Shown piece after piece: positions 19,801 through 33,700 of a stretch of 35,451 nt of DNA. Below the pieces are notes generated by a model. It did no database searches, had not been told where the DNA came from, and worked only from the letters and a program-made list of their open reading frames with translations. The position numbers and the translations under genes are program-made. Each line of letters opens with the position of its first letter. Within the stretch, counting starts at the first letter, position 1. This stretch comes from Catajapyx aquilonaris (Eukaryota), in contig JYFJ02004031.1 in assembly GCA_000934665.2 (NCBI GenBank), forward strand, positions 1 to 35,451, given 5' to 3'.

Positions 19801-22800
19801 ACTTTTTTATTGCTGATAGAGGGTTGCTCCAGTTTACGACAATGTCGGCCATTGCGAATGTCCATTTACAGAGAAAAATGATATCCTGATGACCAATCAA
19901 GCCTCGAAAATGGGAAGCACCCATTTGGTATTGGTGCTACTCTGTTACGTCTACGATATTGCAGTATTACGAACACTTGCAGAGTTGATGGCGACATTGG
20001 CAAGCTATTTCTTGTGACCATAACTGAAAGCCGTAAAGCTGCAGATGAGAGATGTGTCGTAAGAAATTTTATGACAGTTACATAATTTTTATGCCCTCAA
20101 AATGGTTCGAACATGCCAAAAAAACGCCATTAATGCTTACAATTTTTCTCTGGCCTCGATCCCATACATTTAAATTGGTCAAAATTCAGGTTTTCTACTT
20201 CCCGTAGAGAACCGCTGCTTTGTTTTCCCACACTGTAGTCCGACGTAGGCGGTCAGAGAACGACAGTTCAACGTTCGCTTTGTCCAGCCAAAATAACTCG
20301 CCAAGGTGGGTTAGGCTAACCGGGGGAAGGTTGACCATATTGAAAGCAGTGTTTCCCACGTACTAGTGATGTCACAACTTACAACCCCACGTGGTCCACC
20401 TTCCCCCAAAAATATTCCCCCTGGGCCGATTGTGGGTGGAGCTGAAGATCTGGGAAGGGATGTGTGGGTGTGTGGGTTCTCTCCTCCAGAAGGAGACAAG
20501 GCCAAAGTGTACGGGAATCCCTTTGCGTAGGCTACGGGGGTCGGATTGTATGCAAAGGTGTGGGCGAGTCTGCTACAAGGACGGGAAAAAGCGCGATTTT
20601 TGGGGGTAGCTGCGACCCACTGAATAGCTAGAACGAAATAACTGGACCATCATCTAACGACAGGAGAGTCACAATCAGTCTCAAATATATTAACCCAGAA
20701 ATATATATATCACCCATATAGGATGCTAGGCTGGGTTAAACACATTATTAGGAATAGCTCTGAACCATTGTGGGAGCGATTTTTTTGAACGTGGTGTGAT
20801 TTAGACCTTGGCAATGTCTGGCTCCACACATTCACATATTCGCGAATTGCGGCAGTGCCAAAAGTTCCAGGGAAGTGCGACACGCCGGCCCACGCCACAA
20901 GGATGGATACAAATAAAAATAAAATAAAAAGAAAAGAAGTGTAGCTGGTACACAAATATTTTGAGCTGGATTCAGAAGAGGGGGGTTGTTGATCTTGGAA
21001 TCGCGCCGCTGATTGGTCCGTTGGAAGGTAGTTTTAATAGTAAAGTAGTCTCAGGGTCGAGTCGTAAAGTTGTTGGTAACGTAACGAAATTGCACTAGTC
21101 GCGTAGGCTTGGGGACACTGTCCTTTGTGTCCGGATTAGTTAGGGATGAGTTGAAAATAGCATTTCATGGCTGGTTTTACATGTCCGTTTCTAAACGCTG
21201 GTGTGTCATTGCTAGATTTATCTGCCGTGAAGAAAACTCACTAGTTAGGAGTGTATTAAGAAGCTATTCTTGTATACACTATTTTCGTATAACTACATCT
21301 AATTCAAGCTGTGAAACAAGCATTGCATTTTTACATATTAATATAAATATTTGTTGTGGAAATAATGTGCATATATACGTAGGGCTGTGGGTCACCATAT
21401 AGTGAAATTTTCGTACATTTCTCATGTTGCAGTATATGCATTTGTGAAAATAATTACTTCTGTATTCAATAATTGTTGGTCGCATATGAATCATCCTAAT
21501 GTCGCAATTTATATCCAAAGGAATTCTTTAACAAGGAAGATGGGATTTCAAACTTCGTACAGAGGATACTAGGAAATTGGCATGTTTAGCCGTACTTGAT
21601 GAGGTCGAAAAGAGTAATTACTGTCATTATTGACTGTTTCCATGATGGCGAGGCCACAGGGCAAATTCCTAGAACAAAGTTGATCGAATGGTCATGATGA
21701 AGGGTTGCGATATTTCAAGCCGGGATGACCTGCAAGAATGTCACGAACTTTGCGTACAAATTAAGGAATCAACATGCAGCAAGAAAGTATCGTTCTCACG
21801 TTACAAGGACTCGTCGCCATACCGGAGTGAAGTGATATTTTTGGATTTAAATGTTTGGAAATATTGTTATTTTAAATCCTTCGAGAAATATGACGAGCTA
21901 ATTATATCATATACATACTGGGCCAGGAGCTATTTTTCCCCACAATACCTGCCCCTGAGCATGACAGAAATGAGGGTAGAGCAATGCATTATTTTTACGT
22001 TGACAGCTAATGTCTAACTAGCGTCCGATTCTCTAGGAGTTATGAACCTTAAATCTATATTCAGCTTAAAATATTGTGATATGTCCAATAATCACGATTT
22101 TTCTTCTCTTTGATTATTAATTCGCGACCTAGACTAGGTTTTTACCTCAAAAAACTAGCAGGTGCGACCGGTTGATAATTCTTTAAAACAGCCAATAGCT
22201 TGGCCAATAGCGCTAAGGGAAGTGTCATATTTTATTACTCCTCACCACATGTTACCTCAATCCTACTCCAGATAATTACAAATCTGCGGCTGGTGGATTT
22301 TGGTATCTACAGTATTCAGATTTTTGAGATAACAAACCTGGGTTCCTTCCGGGTCAGCCTATGAATCAATATATTTATATCAATTTTTATATATTAAGTT
22401 CATTTAATGAATAGATTGTGCTAAATATTAAGCTCTATAATACAATACATATTGGACAGGTGCAGAGTGCTGAATTATTCATTTTTATCGCCATTTTTGC
22501 ATAACTAAATGCATGTGTAGGTTTGAGAGCACCTTGGCTGGCATTTGCCGAATAATGAATAGTGGCAATCAGATGCAAATGGGCGAGGTAACGGCACGTT
22601 CCTAATAAGAAAATGATGCGGATTTGCTTAGGAGGGCTGGCTAAGCGGTTTCAAATCCTATCCTCCCACAGTAGGGGGTGTCCCATTAGTGTGACGTGAC
22701 CTGCTCCAGCCTACACAAGAGTCCCAATGGCCCACCCCCTCCTCAGTCATGAAAGGCCAAGAAAGGCGGACAAGACAGAAGAGAGGTGCTGCAGGCTATT

Positions 22801-25541
22801 CTCCTTCACCTCTTCTTCTTCTGCCCCCTTGCCCCTTCCCACTTGGCCATTATGGCCAGGATTGTAGGCAGGTAGGAGGCCAATCTGGACTAGATAATCT
22901 TCTCCTTCGCCACCATTTTCGCCCACGGATTCCACATTCGCTTGTCTTGTCCAATTTGACATAGACATACATATAAATAGCACTGATATGGGCAAATGCG
23001 AGTAGACCTATCAATTAGTAATAGGGTGTGGGTTGTGCCTCCTTAGCAGGGCGTAGAGTCCGATTAGTGTAATGGTCAGGATGATTCATTTTAATAATTA
23101 ATTTAATTTAATTTAAGCTTCAAATCTGTTCAGGGCATATAGTGAAACATGGTGAGGTGTGAAATATACGGAAGAGTTAATCAGGTGACAACAGGTCACG
23201 ATTTGGCTCACCTCACCGCCAACGTATACACTCACACATTTTTAGGATAAGATATGCGGTGCATGGCGGTGTTCCCGGCAAAGACGTTGACCTGGGGAAT
23301 GGACCGAGGGCGTAAATGTGCCCTCCTTTCGCCTCCTCAACTAATTCTTCAACCCAGTGCTACCCCTCAAAGGAAATGTGGGAATGCAGATACACCACAC
23401 CCATCGATTGCAGGGCATGCAATAAATGCGACGATACTCGGTGACGATACAGTGTGTCATGCGTCTGTGGGAAGGTGTACCGTACTGTTGAGCCACCACT
23501 GGTGGGTGGACATTGCACGTATTCTTTACAACCTAATATGGCAACACCAGCAATTACTCACATTTGAACTGATTACATAACAGCTTTTTCAATAAATAAT
23601 AATAAAAATAATTGTAAGGGAATTTTTAGCTTCTTAAAAAATACTGTAGGCCCGAGCAGCATGTAGGGTATTTTTTGTAGAGCATGACTGATGGACGTGT
23701 TTCAAGGGGACGTGTCAATCGGCGACTCTTTTAGACTTTTAAAGAAGGGTCCGTGTGACAGGTCTGAAGGGGGGTCCTCGCCACACCCAATTATTTGCAG
23801 TCATTCATTGGACGTACAATTGCTTCCTCTTCCAGCTTCAGGGCTGGAATCTTCTTCGGAAGGCTTTGGTGCCGCTGGCTTCAAGCCATTTTACAGTGTA
23901 GTACGTGGGAGGTACAAATCATGGCAACTTCACATGACTTCCGTGTCATATTTTTATAATCCTACACCTTGTTCAAACTGAAATGGTGCAGGGCGTAAGA
24001 TGGTGTCTACTCTAATAGGATTTTGACGAGAAAAGGAAATTGAGCAGAACGATGATATTTACTGGGGTCGTGGTCCAATAATGTACAGATTCGGGACAGC
24101 CCATTTATTGATACCAGCCTGCAGCCAGGCTGTTACACGACTTTCTCATAGAAGAGCACTCCCCACAGGTCCACGTCCTGCAGATGCCACTGCCCTCTAG
24201 TGAGGAGTAGTACAATTATTGAAATATTACATATCATTTACATATCAAGATTCACCTGATTATCCGCTGTAACAGTTTCATTTGGCTCTACCTCCCTGTT
24301 ATAGACATTTTGCAGCTCCCAAAGTAGTTATGCATAAAACGTGACTATACCATAAATATTTTGGTAAACAAAATCGTTACCGCGACCGCAGCAACTTATA
24401 ATTAATACACATTGCTTTTAATACCTACCACTCATAATTTTCGGGCTCTACCACTGGCCTTGATAAGTAAACAACCAAAAAATAACTCTGAGGAGAAACT
24501 AAGGAGGTTTCTTATTTATTCAGCTCCTTCCATGCCTCGGAATAAACCGACATCGCACGGAGACGTGCTAGAGAGCGGTACATAAAAAAAGTGAGACCTC
24601 GATCAACAGTGCTCTTGACCCTTTTTTCTAAGACCTTCAACCAACGAGTTGATGACAAGCATAATGTGGAACAAAGTTAGTAAATTTAGAGATTAAGTTG
24701 TTTTGCTGCCCGTTGCACAGTTTTTGTAACAACTGTTTTCCTTATATCCAAGTAGGCCGTGAGTTGAGTACACACGACCATATATTTTTTGTGTGTTTTC
24801 ATCAGGTACGACTGGACAACATTGTCCACATACCACAGGTGTTCAGGAACACGGGCTGGGCAGTCAAGCGATAAGAATGACATTCAAGAGCCGAGGATAT
24901 TGCACCGTTTGTAGGAGCCCTTTCTTTTTTTTTTTACCATGTCTTGCTTAGGTGATGACATCACTGTGCATGATCGCCTGTTTTTGCTTCCATACGACAC
25001 GCGGTGCAGGACATATCATGGTACTTGTAGAAACACCGGCGACGATTTGGAGGAATCGGAAAAAAGGGAGTTGACAAGTTGTCAGGTGTCGTCTGAAGAC
25101 AAGGCGTATCCATCCTAACACCACATGTGCTAATGGGATATATGGGCTCAAAAGGTGATCTAAAGTCGCGATAAAGGGGGTTGGAAAGGCGAGCGACATT
25201 CCTTGGCCGCGACGGGAGGTCTTATCCGGACTATTACTTCTTCATTCCGTCGCATTGTGTTTTTCTCTTACTCGATGATGTCACCTCAGCTTCTAATTCC
25301 TCCCAGCCTGCAACGTTGCAATTATGTGGTCACGCCACTTGCGGATCTGATTCGATAATGCCGGATCTAATCCGAATGCACTCTCTTTTTTTGCTGGTGC
25401 ACGATCTAGGGATGCTGGACACGACTCTTTTGTTTACGAGGATAAGTTGGGAGATCAAAAGGGTGATTCTTGCAAGTACTTGCCAGTTGATTCAATTGGT
25501 AAAGCGATTTGATGCAATGAGATATTTCCATAATTTTACGC

Positions 25542-25623
25542 AAATGCGGCGAACGGTGCGGGAGGGCGAAACCTCACCGGCGCGCCGGTGAGGTTTTGCC
25601 CTCCCGCACCGTTCGCCGCATTT
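25542..25623. repeat. 82-bp GC-rich palindrome (41-bp arms, no spacer, one mismatch)
   Basis: Seen: AAATGCGGCGAACGGTGCGGGAGGGCGAAACCTCACCGGCG|CGCCGGTGAGGTTTTGCCCTCCCGCACCGTTCGCCGCATTT. Confidence 0.95.
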
Positions 25624-27645
25624 CGGCGCGGCGCGGCGACTGTAGCACTTTTATACAACCGTCCTAATTTGTAACCTGTTCATAGGCCGAGTCAGCAGGA
25701 AGTGCGTTCAGAACTTGAACCTAAACACCTCACCTACTTGCGTATTATTTATGGTGTGGATGCAAAGTGTTAAATCAGCATTGACTTTAACGCAGTGTAA
25801 CTGGTAATTAAGTGACATTTATTAGAGCAAATGTTTCATCATGTTTTTATAGCTGCGTGGCAAGTTTTTTTTCTTAAACATTAAAATGTTTCTCTGACGT
25901 TGCAGGTATGGAGAGATGAACCCCTGGGAGTGTCAGGGGGTGTTCACCCCTGGGCCGTATAGTTGGGCATCGGACAACACAAGGCGACAAGGCAGCCCTG
26001 GGAAGAGAAGGCTTGCTGAGCAGTAGGGTAGGAGCGAAGGGTGTGCAGGGGCAGGGGTAGGGGAGTCATCGGGAGTGGGCCAAGGCAGGCCTCAGTGTCG
26101 TCTGACCTCGCCGAAGGAGCGGACGTGCTGGCAGGGATCTCCCTCAGCCGACAATGCGCAACATGAAGAGGTGGAGAGTTCGTTTGTGATTCCCGGGGGA
26201 GGACCCCCCCGATCACCTATCATACCCTCCCCCGAGGTGTGATACCCAGAAATGTCTATCAGGATCTACGGTGACATCACCAGGTAAGAGGATGTGGACC
26301 GGGTTACACATTTAAGGACTCCAGAGATTTTTTTTGTTTTGTTTATGGGTACACGTGGAGCATGGTGGAAGATTGATGGTGTGTGTTTGTTGCAGTGACT
26401 GCAGTAATTTGTGTCCTGTCCTCTGACAACACTCGCAGGTAGGCCAGAGTCCTTAACTGTGTATAACCAGCTCGGGTTCATTCGGCACTAATTTACTCAC
26501 ATGCTTTTTCGGTGGGGAAAACTGCAGGGGGTGTCAAAAGTGTTTTGTAGCCCATTCATAAAATTTGATAAGTTGACAACAAAATGCTCGTGATGATAAT
26601 TCCCTGCATTCCCTGGAGTTTTTTAAATAACCGTGACCATTTGGTTAAAATGATGACTGCATCAAAAGGACCGACAGATTGTTATCGTCGCTAGAGGATT
26701 TGTTGTCAGCGGACAAGATTGACAGCGATTTCCGGGGTCGAATCGTACTAGCTACACATGCACCGCGATTCGCGCAATTGACCTTGGGTCAGCTTTGATT
26801 GTGTCGATAGTAAACAAACGGCAGTTGCCATTCGCACGTCATCCACCCACGCCCCCAGACCAACCCTACAGAATTGTTGGCGTCTGTTTATATAGAGGAG
26901 CAGATGCACCACTTTTTGTCTCAGTCAGTACTTGGAATGAGAAAAAAAGAAATACAGTAGGTCAAACAGTTCGAAACCATTGCCAGATAACCTCATTGCT
27001 CGATTTTCTCGCCTCGTTTCTCGGTCAAGGATAAGAATTGGTACAGGGTGAGCCGAAACGTCTGTCTGTTTAATTACTCGCGTGTAAGCAGAACTAGTGA
27101 CGTCACGTGGCATGTGGCAACCTCCCCCGCTCACCATTAGTTTTGATATTTTTTAACGAGCGCTTGCATATGTAAGGTATATATACAAGGCGCGTGCTGT
27201 GGCCTCACCATTGTGGTCGTCGTCTTTTGCCGGTGATGTCATCACTGAGAAAAGGGGCATTTGGAAAGTGGGGAGAAGTCATTTGGCAGGTGTACAGGAA
27301 CTATTTGGAACGGCTGACGTTCTCGGGCAGACGTCGACGCCGAAATCATTCTTTCCATCTGCGTGGCACGATATTGTTCTCTTGTCTCCAATTTGTCATA
27401 GTGAGGGAGGAATTGTGCGTATTGAGCTGGGGGGTAATTGCGGAGGTGTTGTCATAATATGGTGATCATCATATTCATTGTTCTTGCTGCGCGATACGAT
27501 CCAGTGGGTGACATTGGGAGGAAATGACGGGTCAGAAGCACTGTTGGCCTACAAATGGGGATGAGTAAGTGTGGGTTTATGCGCCAAAATGTGCTGAAAT
27601 GACGTATTTCTGTGACATGCCATTTTTGAGTATAGAGTCGCTCCG

Positions 27646-27768
27646 CAAGGAACGATCTGACGTCACATCAGCCTGAGCATGCGCAGTGCTTGCAGAGTGA
27701 TTCGGGGACATGATTGGAGGGAATAGCCGGGTGGAGGCGTAGCCGAACGTGCGTCAGATCGTTCTTTG
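27646..27768. repeat. Short inverted-repeat-bounded segment, probably a degenerate MITE
   Basis: Seen: CAAGGAACGATCTGACG (27646-27662) and CGTCAGATCGTTCTTTG (27752-27768) are inverted with 16/17 identity. No TSD is evident. Confidence 0.45.
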
Positions 27769-30700
27769 GTTTTTGAGGTACGTTATAACCGGAAAAAAAA
27801 CTGAAAAAACAGAAAATTAGAGTTGATAAATTACTATGCATGCCAGGAATATTTGCAAAAATTTGTTAATTGCTCATCAGTAAACACAGCACGAACGAGC
27901 CGCGTGCGTTTTATTATTTATCTTGCACTTGCGCTATATAATTTTGGAGCAGAAAAATAGAAAACTAGTTCTGTGATTAGCATCTGTAGTGATTGGAACA
28001 ACACGGAAGAATGCAAGTGTAAACTGCGCGATAGTGTTGTGTACTTTTTTTTCCCTCGGGCCCACCTTATCTGCGAAGGGGTTGACTGCTAGAAAGTTAG
28101 ACGCCAATGTTTGTTTTGGCCCACGCTAGATACGATTCTGCTTGATGACGACAGCCGCGCAATTAGTGACGTATTAGTCGCATATATTGACACTTACGTC
28201 AATTGCCTTTCACGGATATGCAAATGGACAATGGCCAGCACGATTTTCCTCCCGGTTTTATTACGAAGCGCCTCATTTGCAATATTCTATACAAAAAAAA
28301 TGTAATGTTTTATGGGCATTATCCGCGTGCAGAGTCGGAAACACTTGCTCAAGCGCACATATATAAAAGGGGTGAAGTGTAGGTGCACTTTTGCAACAGG
28401 AGGTCCAGTTATGGCTGGTTGTTGCCCTTGAGTTTTTATTGAAACACACTGGCGGTGGAATTCATGCAACCTTCCCCGTCGAGCCTTCATCGTTCCTTCC
28501 GCACGCCGTCCTTTTGATAATGAGCCTATAGGCATCGTTGGATAGACCGATAGCTGTAGGTGTTAATCCAGATACGGGGGAGATAAACGGTGCAGACTCA
28601 CTTTTGTGGGGGTTGAGGGCGTGATTGGGTGTGAGAAAGTTGGCAAGTGACATGAGCCGATATTGTGTGAAATCAACTGTCTCGTCATGCTTGAGCTGTA
28701 CTGGAGTTGGGTAAGGATATTTAGTATTGTATGATATGGTAATGAAGGCCTTACTGAAAGTAAGAAAAATATGTAACATACTAACGCAAATAACATAGGT
28801 CCCAAGTAAACATTGTTTACCAATGTTGTTCACTGAATGTCAACCCACTCATCCGTATCGTTATGTAGTGTACAGAGGCGAGAGGCATGAAATGACTTTC
28901 ATTCAAGTGTGGCCATCCTCACAATACCATGACTGCATGGCCCATTTTGCATTTAACGAAGGGACTGTCATGCTGTCAATACTCACATATGATGTTTGGC
29001 TCTCTTGACAGCCAGATTTACATTTAAAAAATCCTAGTGTTACCGCATGGGTGTATCGATCCCAGATAACCTGGTACGGTTATCAAGCAATTTACGACCC
29101 ACGACCCATATCCGGTCTATAATTTGCGCTGACTTCAGAAGTCGACGACATCTGTTGATCTGGCATCTGACGAAATGGCGTGACAATGTCCAGTATGCAA
29201 ATATGACATGTAAGTTTATATAAGAAAATTTCATTTCAAGGATATATTGTGTGTGATTGGTAACATATGTGCTTGTAGTTTACTCCACATTTTTAAAAAA
29301 CATCATCCTTGAATGTCCTCCAAGTAAAGTCAAGGGCCGGCTCTTTCCTGGAGTCCTTCAAACCTAGGGTGGTCCGCACTTTTGTTTGCGCAGGCCTCTC
29401 CTCCATCAGCCAGATGAGGTAATTTAAAGCAAAGTGCAAACACGCGCTGGATCATTTCGTAGTCACTCGGCGTGCAGTACGTGGGCCACCCCCTATATAC
29501 AACGTTGAATCATGTGCGCCAAACGTGGGATATATACGCGATTTTTTTAAAAAGGCGTAGGTTGATTATACAAAGCCTGTTACTCGCTTTTGTCGTTCTG
29601 AAAGAAGCTGGCTACAAAGTTCAAGGATTGAAATCGACCCCCATAATAATGAGCTTCCGTATATCAAAAAGATTGGACAAATGCCACCTTCAGCAAGGTC
29701 GATGTCCTGAGGGTGTCTTCCGAACTTTTCTACTGTTTTGTGAGCACAGGATTAAGGTAGTTTGACAAGGTTGTCTCATAATGGGATTACCCTTACAATG
29801 TATAACATACTACCGGACAAGGTAGATTTTATGGCTATGCAACGCTTGTATTAAAACATGTCACGGATACTCACCAAATGAAGATAGTAAAACGTATGCG
29901 TTATGCAAGATTCACGTCTGTGCCAGAAGTGAACGTGATTCACGCTGATTTATGCTCGGATGTCCCATCCCCAACGGCTGTGTTTGACCCCACGACTTCA
30001 AGTCTGGTCGTATACAGAAGGTAGAAAATGTAAGGTGCGCCAGGAGAGAACGTCACAAAGCTCTATTTTTGGGAGCCTCCAACGCTGAAGGTGTATTCCT
30101 GAATGGAGTAGCTAGTGGTGAATCAACTCCCTGGGATGTACGAACTGGGCCATTTCCTAAAAAGGGAGGAAGAATCTGGCTAACAAACTACCAAAAAATT
30201 GCATTGTCCAAATATTAGAGAAATAGTGTGTAGCGTCGAACAAACGTGTTACGTAGTGTTCCAAGGTAGTTGTCATCAAATTGAATTGTTTTGTATCGCC
30301 GGTTACAGGTTAGTTGCCGCCCACTCTTACGTCTTTTGGCTGGCTGCTAATGAAAAGTGGGCCTTGTTCTCGCCTCCACCTGTTTACTCTCCGAGTGTGG
30401 ACGGACAAGACGCATTCGCGTAGGAGGCGAGAGGAATTCGCGAGTGTGGGTGGTATGTGGGTACGAATGAGGGTTGGACAGGTCAGTGGACTTGTTGGGA
30501 ACCAGCCTTTTGGTGCGTATGGTCTGCGTAAGTGCGTATTGCCAAATGTATGAGCCAAAGTCAGCAAATGTTACGGGAAAATGGATGGCTGTGTCACCTA
30601 GTATATGGCGCGGTACAAATGTCGAAATCAGATTCCCAGATGGAAGTTTTGAAAGGTAGCTTCTTGCAAGAAGAATGATTGTCAAGTGAGTGGGTGGTTC

Positions 30701-33700
30701 CAAATTAGTAAAGGAAGTGGATCAACTCCTATATAAAGCAGGACCTGGTCAGAAAAATGCCAGGTTGTCAGGCAAGACAGGTTTTGATATTATGATCAAG
30801 ATGCTCGCGATTCACTGACTTGAAGAAATGTGTCAGGCGTGTCATGCATGGAGTCGGACAGCCCAAAAATTTATGACAACATTAACATTAAGTAAAAACC
30901 AAATGGTTGGCCATTCGTGTCAAGTGTTCAAAAAGGAATTGTCGAGTTGACGATTATTTTTCTGTATTATATTATTAATGGGTACAATATGCGTCATGGT
31001 GCATGTTTACAATTTCCAGGGAACAAATTTTGCCTGCCAGTACTTTATTCCAAGTCTTTTCTTAGACGAAGTAAATAAATAGCCAGCTGGCCTATGCCAA
31101 CAAGTGGGCGAATCGATAGGAGTGAATGCATGACGACATTGATAAGAAAAATAATTAATAGCGATAATTGACTGTGTCTGATTACTTACTATCATACTAT
31201 GAAATACACGCCACTAATTATTGGCTCCGCCTCGCAAGATTCAACGAGCTGGCAGTTTTCCTCTGAAAAATCGTCCATGGCATGCATTGCAATAAATCGA
31301 GTGGTCTCATTTTCATAACCAGCCTCGTAAAAATTAGCATAGGCATTCTCCCTACTTCCCGCCAACCCCAACATATACGCCATGTATGACGCAAGGGCAT
31401 GACCACGTGTGGTGACGTCACACTGGGAGTGTGTGTGCGCCCTTTTTTTTCTTTTTTTAATTCCGATTGGGAGCTGCAGCAGGTCCCGGCGTAGTAGGGT
31501 ATGTGTGAGTGTGAGAGAAGCGTGCATTTTGAAAGGCATGCGGCTAGAAGCACCTGAGGCAGAGGTGGCCAATCTTGGTGGGCCGCCCACGTGGAAGGCC
31601 CTCCGAACTTGCCAAACATGGATCTAACAGGAAGGTGGGATATGCGCTGCAGTAAGGAATGAGGGATCCGAGTGGGTGTGGATTGTTACGTTGCTTATTG
31701 ACGGGGGAAGGTTAGTGAAAGAGGTTCTTCCACACCCACTACTTGTCTGTGCTCGGTTTCCCCTCAAAGAACTCCACCTGGTCAGGGGCTCTCTGATTAG
31801 GAATCAATGCCGAGCACCTGGGGCGGCGCAATTTGGGGTGAAGTTGGTTCTGGGACAACCCACGGACGTGAACATCACGAGAACGTGCTGGTTCTATCTG
31901 TTTCCAATTTTTTTGAATCTTGACATGAATAGGAAATTTTTTGGACTTGTCATGTCTAATGCTTTCTTCGTGCCAGGCACTGGCGGTTAAATTTCCTACA
32001 TTGATGTGAAAATAACTATTGATCACTTTGCATATTATGGGTCAAATTAATGGGCAAGTGTAAGAAATTTTATAAATGAGTAATTGAACTAATTGCATGC
32101 ATATCATCGCCTTCTTTGCAAGATGAAGTAATAGCATGGGGGCAGTACTTTCTGATACGATAGTGACATCACATTGCGGTTATGCCTCACGATGTTATAT
32201 AGAAGCGCCAATTGTTGGCATAATAATGGTATGCAAAAGGGGGAACCAGGAAGACTGAATTTCCTGGTAGTGTTGGGGAAGAAGGCAAACTAGTAACTCA
32301 CAGATGTCAGATGAGGCCAAAGGTGTAACCTCCTAGTGTTGCCCACCCTTGACAACCGTATATACAAGGAGGCTTGCGTCACTTGCGATGGATCTAGGGA
32401 ACAATTGGTGCGCATCTGCCTGCCTGGGCAGAAATAGGGGCTGAGCTAGCCAGTGAGCAAGATACTCATTTGCTTGTTGGGAAGGAATGCAAGAGACGCC
32501 ACACATGCTTGCTACAATCCACCTCTGAGCGTAGGTTTAAATATAATAGTTACGATGCACAATTCGGAGTCTGAATCAACGCTCTATTTGCCCCAACGCG
32601 CCTTTCACATTTTCAAAGCTAATGTTAGGCGATTGCCAAATATGGCCAGACGGGAGGTTCGTTTGCCATTTCACATAACTGGCTATACAACCTTGGAAGT
32701 GTTATTTTTTCCGGCTTTTCGTTTTTATTGGGAACCTTGGTGCGATATTGAAATCCTAGAAATTCTGCAGGGGGAAGTCGGTGTGACAATAATGGGGCTA
32801 GACACATCGTTTTAGGTGGAGTTATCATTCACACAAAGACGTCTACCTTCATGCTGCAAAGTGGTAATGATTTTGAATATTCGCACAATTCAAGTGTTAG
32901 GTCGACTGTGACGATTTTTTCTTCAACCCCCCCCCCCCATAAAATTAANAATTAAAATAAAATAAAATGATATTTTTAAACTGACTGGAGGCTATACATG
33001 CATATGAATACAGGATTGTTATGTTAAATGCTAATAGTCGTCATCGGATAGCCTTCCTTGCAATTCTATAACAGGAGATTCCTCATTTGTGAGTGAAATG
33101 GCAATATACGTTCGGAAGGAAGCAGCAGACTGTTTGCCGTCCCAGCACATCAGCAGTGAGAATAGAAAGCTGCAAATATTTGCCCATTTGTATGACTGTA
33201 CTTCTCTTACAATAATCTATGAGTCAGGAAACGCCAATACTTGAGTTCAAAGCACTGAACATATGGTTTCGAAGGAGTTTTAAAAAGGAGGGGTAAAAAT
33301 TTTTATGCTAACATCATCACGACCGGTTTAATCCGTAACACACACCGTACACGTGCATCGTCGCAAACCATAATTCATGCATAGCTGAGTCTCGTTGTGG
33401 CAACGACCACCACCATGTGTGTGTGTGATCTGCGGAGGTGTGCATCCTCCACACACACGGAATATGGACAGGTGGAGCGTGTGGGTTCCGATGTGGCAAT
33501 CATGATGCCAGAATTAATGAGACCCGTTCACCAAGTATGGATCTGAAGTCAGTCATAAAGATGTGGATCCCTCGCCTTCCAAGTGTCTTCTCAGCATCAT
33601 TAAAAAAGGCTTGAAAGAGGTACCGAATTATTCTTGGTCGTGTCAACTGGGTGGAGGCTTAGATTCTTAACTCTCCATAAGTATTTTTTTGTCTTGTATC

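Noticed and set aside
18270..30740. Isolated TATA-like motifs (near 18271, 26889, 28362 and 30730)
   Set aside because: These are expected by chance, and no downstream exon could be supported.
32926..32970. Poly-C run, A-rich tract and an ambiguous N at 32949
   Set aside because: Low-complexity sequence with a base-calling ambiguity; no biological claim is possible.
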